A DNA stretch of 64,000 bases from Candidatus Latescibacterota bacterium (GTDB taxonomy: Bacteria; Krumholzibacteriota; Krumholzibacteriia; WVZY01; JAKEHA01), in contig OY970173.1 in the NCBI GenBank assembly GCA_963707635.1, forward strand, positions 2,848,001-2,912,000, given 5' to 3'. Below, in pieces: positions 59,426 to 64,000 of this stretch. Made by a program: the position numbers and the translations under genes. The stretch's first letter is position 1. Each line of letters starts with the position of its first letter. Under the pieces are notes generated by a model that did not search any database, was not told the origin of the DNA, and worked only from the letters and a program-made list of their open reading frames with translations.

Positions 59426-62400
59426 CTAGCGCACGCGGACGCGATACGTTACGACGCCCGCCTGTCCCGGCGCGAGATAGAATGTCGCGTTGCGGGAAAG
59501 CACCACGCGCAGTGTGCGGTCGGCGCTGGTGTACTGGCACTCGTCCGCGTCCGACGGGTCGAAGGTGAACCACACCGGCGTCCCCGACGGCGGCTGCCAC
59601 TCCACGTCGAAGCCCGCGCCGAACGCGTTCGGCTCGACATCCACCCACGACGAGACCGGATCCACCAGCATCACATTGGCGAGACTGTCGGCGCCCGCGT
59701 TGAAGAGACGGACCGAATACGTGATCACGTCGCCCGGGCGGGCGTCGGTTCGATCGAGCGATTTCTGGACGGAAAGCTGTCCCGATCCCGCCGGCGCGAC
59801 CACGATGGCGTCGGCCGCGTTTGCGGTCAGCGTGATGGACGTCCCCGTTACCGTCTGCGTCGCGAGAATCGACACGGCGATCGTCGACCCCGGTGTCGCG
59901 CCGATCGGAACGAACACGCGCAGCAGCACGGTGAGGACACCGCCGCCCGGACCATCCGGGTCGAGGTCCCCGTCGGCCGCGACCAGCGGCCGGTCGGGGC
60001 CGTCGAGCAGGCCGTTTCCATTCGCGTCGAAATACCACGCCGTGGCCACGGCGGAGTCGGCGGTGGCGGTGAGGTCGACGTGACCGGCGGTACGGGCCTG
60101 GACACGGTGCCCGAAGTCGACGAACGCGCCCGGCGTCCCCGGTGACACCCCGCCCGCCGACAGGGTGAGAATGCCGATGTCGCCGAAGTCCGCGACGACG
60201 GAATCACCCGCGGCCACGACGCCGGTGTGAACCGTGTCCGGCGTGAGCGACACGAAGCCGATCGGGTTCTGCTCGATCACCACCAGGCTATCCGCCGGCA
60301 CCGCCAGCGCGTAGCTGCCGTCCCCGAGCGTGGTCGCGGAGAGACCGCTGCGCGCCTCGGTGACGAGCACGCCCCCCAACCCGATATCGCCGGCGCCGAA
60401 CACGCCGTCGTGATTGCGATCGTCGAACACCGTGCCGCGAACCAGCGCGCGGGTCTCGGTGACGAGGGCCACGCTCTCCGCCAGATTCGGCGGGAGACTC
60501 GACCACGCATTGATCAGCGTCGTGTGCGCCCCGTTGGCCGTGACCGGGACGCTGACCGCCACCGTGTAACGCTTGAGCTGCCCCGGGTTGAGAATCCGGG
60601 ACCAGAACGGAGCCGCGTGCACGACGAGAGAATCCTGAACCGTCACGCTGCCCGCCGGCCAGCCGCTGGGCACCGTCCACTGGACCCGGAAGGAATCCGG
60701 GAACGAGCCCGCGTTGCGCAGGTCGAGCTGCGAGACGTACGCGCTGCCCGGCGCCGCGCCACGCGTGGACGTGCCCCCCTGCCCGGAGCCGAGCAGTCCG
60801 AACACACCGGTGCCGTTGCCGTCGATGGCGAAGTCGGGGCGCGGGGGGCCAACGATGGCAACCCGCGCCGCGATACTCTCACGACTCGTCGGGTGGTTCT
60901 GCGACGTAATGTCGAGAATGTACTGGTAGGTGGCCGTCGCGGCCCCGGCCGGGACGGTCACGGTGAACGTGTACAGCCGCGAACCACCCGCGGGGACCAC
61001 CCCGGTGATAAACGGTGACGGCAACCCCGCGAGTCGAGCAGTCCAGGCGGAGATCGTGTTCCATTGCACGCGGTAGGTGTCCCCGCTCGGTCCCTGGTTC
61101 TGGAGCTCGACGGTGAAGTTCAACGTTCTGGGCGCAGGCGTGGTCTGCAGCGAACTCCCCCCCGCGCCGCTGCCGAGCGCGCCGAACACACCGTTGCCCT
61201 GGCCGTCGATCACCGCGTCGACGATGGCGGGCGGAATCACCACCACGCGGCCCGTGACACTGTCCATGAGGAACGGCTTGGTGGTCTTGCGTCCGTCCGC
61301 GATCACGTCGAACGTGCCGCCGGTCGAGCCGGGCGGGACGATGATGCGCAACGGATACGTCCCCGCCACGATGTTGGTGAGCGGCGCGACGCTCCCGTTG
61401 AAGGTCACGTTCCACCCGGGCGGAGTACTCCACGACACGTCGAAGCCGTTCACCCCCGACACATTTTGAACCTGCACCTGGAACACGACCGTGTCCCCGG
61501 GTGAGACGGTTTGGGTCGAGGTTCCGCCCAGCCCGGTGCCGACCGGTCCGTAGACGTCGGCCCCCTGCCCGTCGACGAGCATGTCGATTTCGCTGGGCGT
61601 CGCCACGCTCACGGTCGCGGAGACGCTTTCGGTGACGACCGCAGCCACCCGTGAGGCGGCGTTTAGCACCGAGAGGTACGTGCCGTACGCGGCTCCCGCG
61701 GGGATGTTGATGCGCAGCGTGTAGAACGCCTGGGCGTTGGGCGCGATGGTGGGCGTCACGGTCGGGAAGTTGCGCGCCACACCGCCGATGATGATCGCCG
61801 CCGTCCAGCCCGCGCCCGGCGCCGTCCACGACAGCGTAAAGGAGTCGGGCAATGCGCTCTCGTTCTGCACCGTGATCGGAAAGAGCACCTGCGCGCCGCG
61901 CTCGCCGGCGTTCGAGCTGCCGCCGCCTTTGCCCGTGCCGGTGGCGCCGTACACGTTGTCGCCGCTGGTCGCGATGATCATGTCCACGCGCGGCGCCAGC
62001 AGGCGCAGGATGGCGTGGACCGAGTCGCGCTTGTTGGCGTCGGCGCTCGAGGTGGCGCTGAGATTGACGTCGTAGTCGCCGCCTGGGTTGGGGGAAGCGA
62101 CCTGCATCCGCAGCGTGAGGAGCGCGGTCCCTCCGGCCGGGATGCTCGCGGTGGTAAACGGACCGGAATACGTGGTCGCGTTGTAGATCACCGAAGTGAC
62201 GAGACCCGCCTCGCTCGTGAACGCGATGGCGTAGGTGCTCGCCGCGTTGCCGGTGTTGTGCAGCTCGAGCGCGAAGTTGGCCGGCGTGCCCCAGGTCGAC
62301 GTCTTGAGCCCGAAGCCGCCGGCGCCGTTGTCTCCGATCACGCCCACGCCGTTGCCGTCGATGACGAGGTCGGCGCCGTGGGTGGCCGCCGTAATCAGCG

Positions 62401-63385
62401 CGCGCAGACGCGCGCTGTCGACGCGGCTGGCCTGGGTGGTGCTTTGCGCGTTTACGATCGCATCGTAGGTTCCGGCGCCGGCGGCCGCCGACGCGCGCAG
62501 CCGCACGCGGTACGTCGCCACGGCGCCGGGGGCGAGCGCCGGCATGACGTACGGAAACGCCTGCGTGGTCGCGCCGATTTCGAGCCACGCCGTCCACCCC
62601 GCCGGGAGCGTCGACGTGAGCCGGTAGGTGTCGGCGACGGTGCCCTCGTTCTCCACCCGCAGATCGTAGGACAGCGTGTCGCCGGCGAACGCGCTGTGCG
62701 ACGACACGCCGCCGTTTCCGCTCCCGAGCGCGCCGAACACGTCGTCGCCGTTGCCGTCCACCGCGAGGTCGGCCCACATCCGGTACACGAGCGACACGTC
62801 GTCGACGTAGGTCCACGTCTCGTAGAGGTTGTCGTAGAGGTTCGCCTGTTCGAAATAGAGGCGCACGGTCTGCCCGGCGAACGCGATCACGTCGTGCGAC
62901 ACCGGCAGCACGTTGTCGTCGCTCAACCATCCACTGTCCTTGTAGATGTCGTTCCACTCGCTGAACGCGTAGAGGAGCACGCGGCGCAGCAGCGTGTTGC
63001 CGGTGGATCGGATGTCCGCGTAGAAGGGGTCGTAGTAGTCGCTGTCGTAGCCCTGCATGCGGATCTTGAAATTGAGCGTCGCGCGCGAGACGCCGGCTGG
63101 AATCGAGACGGTCTGGTACATGTACGCGTGGGTGTTGGTCACCTGCGCCGTGTACTTGAAGCCGAGCAGCGCCGAATAGTTGCCCGCGTAGGGCAGGTCG
63201 AGTTTGACGGCATGATCGGCGTAGGTGGCGTTGTTCGTGGTGCCGCGGAATGCCCCGTGGACCCACGCCGTGCCGAACGAACCGGTCTCGAACCCGCCGT
63301 CGACCACCAGTTCGCCGGCGACGGAGGCACGCGCGGCCAGAACGGCCAGCGATGCGGCGAAAATCACGAACGCGAATCGTCTCAT
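59426..63385 (-). CDS. Large secreted adhesin-like protein: jelly-roll head, six Gly-loop Ig repeats, SdrD B-like domain, C-terminal DUF11
   Basis: Signal peptide MRRFAF, DGGFE...YVDDVSL head, 6x DxxxDGxGxxVxG repeats, GTVFDDRNHDG, VQKS..ARPGDVITYSVRLFNAG..VDP. Confidence 0.85.
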   Translation of the reverse strand: MRRFAFVIFAASLAVLAARASVAGELVVDGGFETGSFGTAWVHGAFRGTTNNATYADHAVKLDLPYAGNYSALLGFKYTAQVTNTHAYMYQTVSIPAGVSRATLNFKIRMQGYDSDYYDPFYADIRSTGNTLLRRVLLYAFSEWNDIYKDSGWLSDDNVLPVSHDVIAFAGQTVRLYFEQANLYDNLYETWTYVDDVSLVYRMWADLAVDGNGDDVFGALGSGNGGVSSHSAFAGDTLSYDLRVENEGTVADTYRLTSTLPAGWTAWLEIGATTQAFPYVMPALAPGAVATYRVRLRASAAAGAGTYDAIVNAQSTTQASRVDSARLRALITAATHGADLVIDGNGVGVIGDNGAGGFGLKTSTWGTPANFALELHNTGNAASTYAIAFTSEAGLVTSVIYNATTYSGPFTTASIPAGGTALLTLRMQVASPNPGGDYDVNLSATSSADANKRDSVHAILRLLAPRVDMIIATSGDNVYGATGTGKGGGSSNAGERGAQVLFPITVQNESALPDSFTLSWTAPGAGWTAAIIIGGVARNFPTVTPTIAPNAQAFYTLRINIPAGAAYGTYLSVLNAASRVAAVVTESVSATVSVATPSEIDMLVDGQGADVYGPVGTGLGGTSTQTVSPGDTVVFQVQVQNVSGVNGFDVSWSTPPGWNVTFNGSVAPLTNIVAGTYPLRIIVPPGSTGGTFDVIADGRKTTKPFLMDSVTGRVVVIPPAIVDAVIDGQGNGVFGALGSGAGGSSLQTTPAPRTLNFTVELQNQGPSGDTYRVQWNTISAWTARLAGLPSPFITGVVPAGGSRLYTFTVTVPAGAATATYQYILDITSQNHPTSRESIAARVAIVGPPRPDFAIDGNGTGVFGLLGSGQGGTSTRGAAPGSAYVSQLDLRNAGSFPDSFRVQWTVPSGWPAGSVTVQDSLVVHAAPFWSRILNPGQLKRYTVAVSVPVTANGAHTTLINAWSSLPPNLAESVALVTETRALVRGTVFDDRNHDGVFGAGDIGLGGVLVTEARSGLSATTLGDGSYALAVPADSLVVIEQNPIGFVSLTPDTVHTGVVAAGDSVVADFGDIGILTLSAGGVSPGTPGAFVDFGHRVQARTAGHVDLTATADSAVATAWYFDANGNGLLDGPDRPLVAADGDLDPDGPGGGVLTVLLRVFVPIGATPGSTIAVSILATQTVTGTSITLTANAADAIVVAPAGSGQLSVQKSLDRTDARPGDVITYSVRLFNAGADSLANVMLVDPVSSWVDVEPNAFGAGFDVEWQPPSGTPVWFTFDPSDADECQYTSADRTLRVVLSRNATFYLAPGQAGVVTYRVRVR

Positions 63386-64000
63386 CACTTCAACCTCTCG
63401 AAATCGGCCAGCAGCCAGTCGGATAGCAGCATCTGAATACGAATGCCGAAACCCGCGCTCCACGCGTCGGTCGCGGTCACGTCGGGGTCGTCGAATCCAT
63501 TGACGCTGTACCCCACCCCGATGCGCACCGAGCGGTAGACCAGGCGCCCGAGCTCGATGCCGGCGCCGGCCTGCGCCGTCCCGCCCCCGCGCGGTACCAC
63601 CGCGCGACCCCACGCGTCGACGTCCCACCCCCGGCCGAAGTGCCAGACATACTGCGCGAGCGCGAGATCCGTGTTGGTGGTCGCGGACACGCCGTAGCTC
63701 CAGTCCTCGACGTGCTTGTACGCATACTTGAAGCGCAGCTCGTGCGCGGGAGTCGGCATCACGTTCACGTCGGTGGTCGCCACCAGCCGCCACCGGATCG
63801 CGTCCGGGTCGATGGGAGCGTAGCGGTCGTAGTAGCTCTTCAGCATCAGCAGCGACTGGACCGGCGCGAACGGGGACCGGTACGCGCCCGCCAGCGTGGC
63901 GTAGAACTGCGTCTCGTCGTTCGCGCCGTCGCGTTCGCCGAGCCCCATGATATTCTTGGCCAGCCACGCAAACCCGCCACCCAGCTGCTGGGCCGCGCTC
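63385..64000 (-). CDS. C-terminus (partial) of an outer-membrane beta-barrel protein
   Basis: Alternating amphipathic strands, IGVGYSVNGFDDPD motif, TGATG overlap with the adhesin start; runs off the window edge. Confidence 0.75.
   Translation of the reverse strand, partial: SAAQQLGGGFAWLAKNIMGLGERDGANDETQFYATLAGAYRSPFAPVQSLLMLKSYYDRYAPIDPDAIRWRLVATTDVNVMPTPAHELRFKYAYKHVEDWSYGVSATTNTDLALAQYVWHFGRGWDVDAWGRAVVPRGGGTAQAGAGIELGRLVYRSVRIGVGYSVNGFDDPDVTATDAWSAGFGIRIQMLLSDWLLADFERLK

Noticed and set aside
63386..63967. N-terminal extension of the 1513-aa ORF
   Set aside because: It overlaps the barrel gene in another frame; the signal peptide starts at ATG 63385.

Overview
High-GC bacterial chromosomal segment, mostly core or semi-accessory genes, predominantly on the minus strand. 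A C-terminal FlgD/T9SS-like sorting tail, a 'TWGxIK' C-terminal motif and D(S/T)x sequons suggest an FCB-group lineage such as Latescibacterota, Krumholzibacteriota or Eisenbacteria (inference only). Core content: five tRNAs (Lys-CTT, His-GTG, Arg-TCT, Pro-TGG, Leu-CAG), ssb, greA, the smpB-amidase-GerMN-murI-rph-rdgB-ABC run, GT4 glycosyltransferases, a TatT-type TRAP transporter, an aquaporin, an RsbU-like phosphatase, Mrp, a CDF transporter, a FIST protein, fpr, pckA and the PDH genes. Best leads: (1) an outer-membrane barrel translationally coupled to a 1319-aa repeat adhesin ending in an apparently strand-incomplete DUF11 domain, a candidate fibre/adhesin export system; (2) an orphan proline-adenylation/PCP/dehydrogenase (pyrrolyl-2-carboxyl) cassette with no visible acceptor; (3) a TolC-less twin-RND module with beta-propeller partners; (4) a c-type heme protein inside the PDH cluster, with apparently leaderless aceE and aceF; (5) a tRNA-Lys att remnant enclosing a globin-like lipoprotein without the proximal His; (6) a ~110-bp structured intergenic repeat in two inverted copies. 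Six +1 frameshifts in five genes most likely reflect long-read insertion errors. I saw no integrase, transposase, CRISPR array or rRNA. All family calls come from motif recognition, not database searches.
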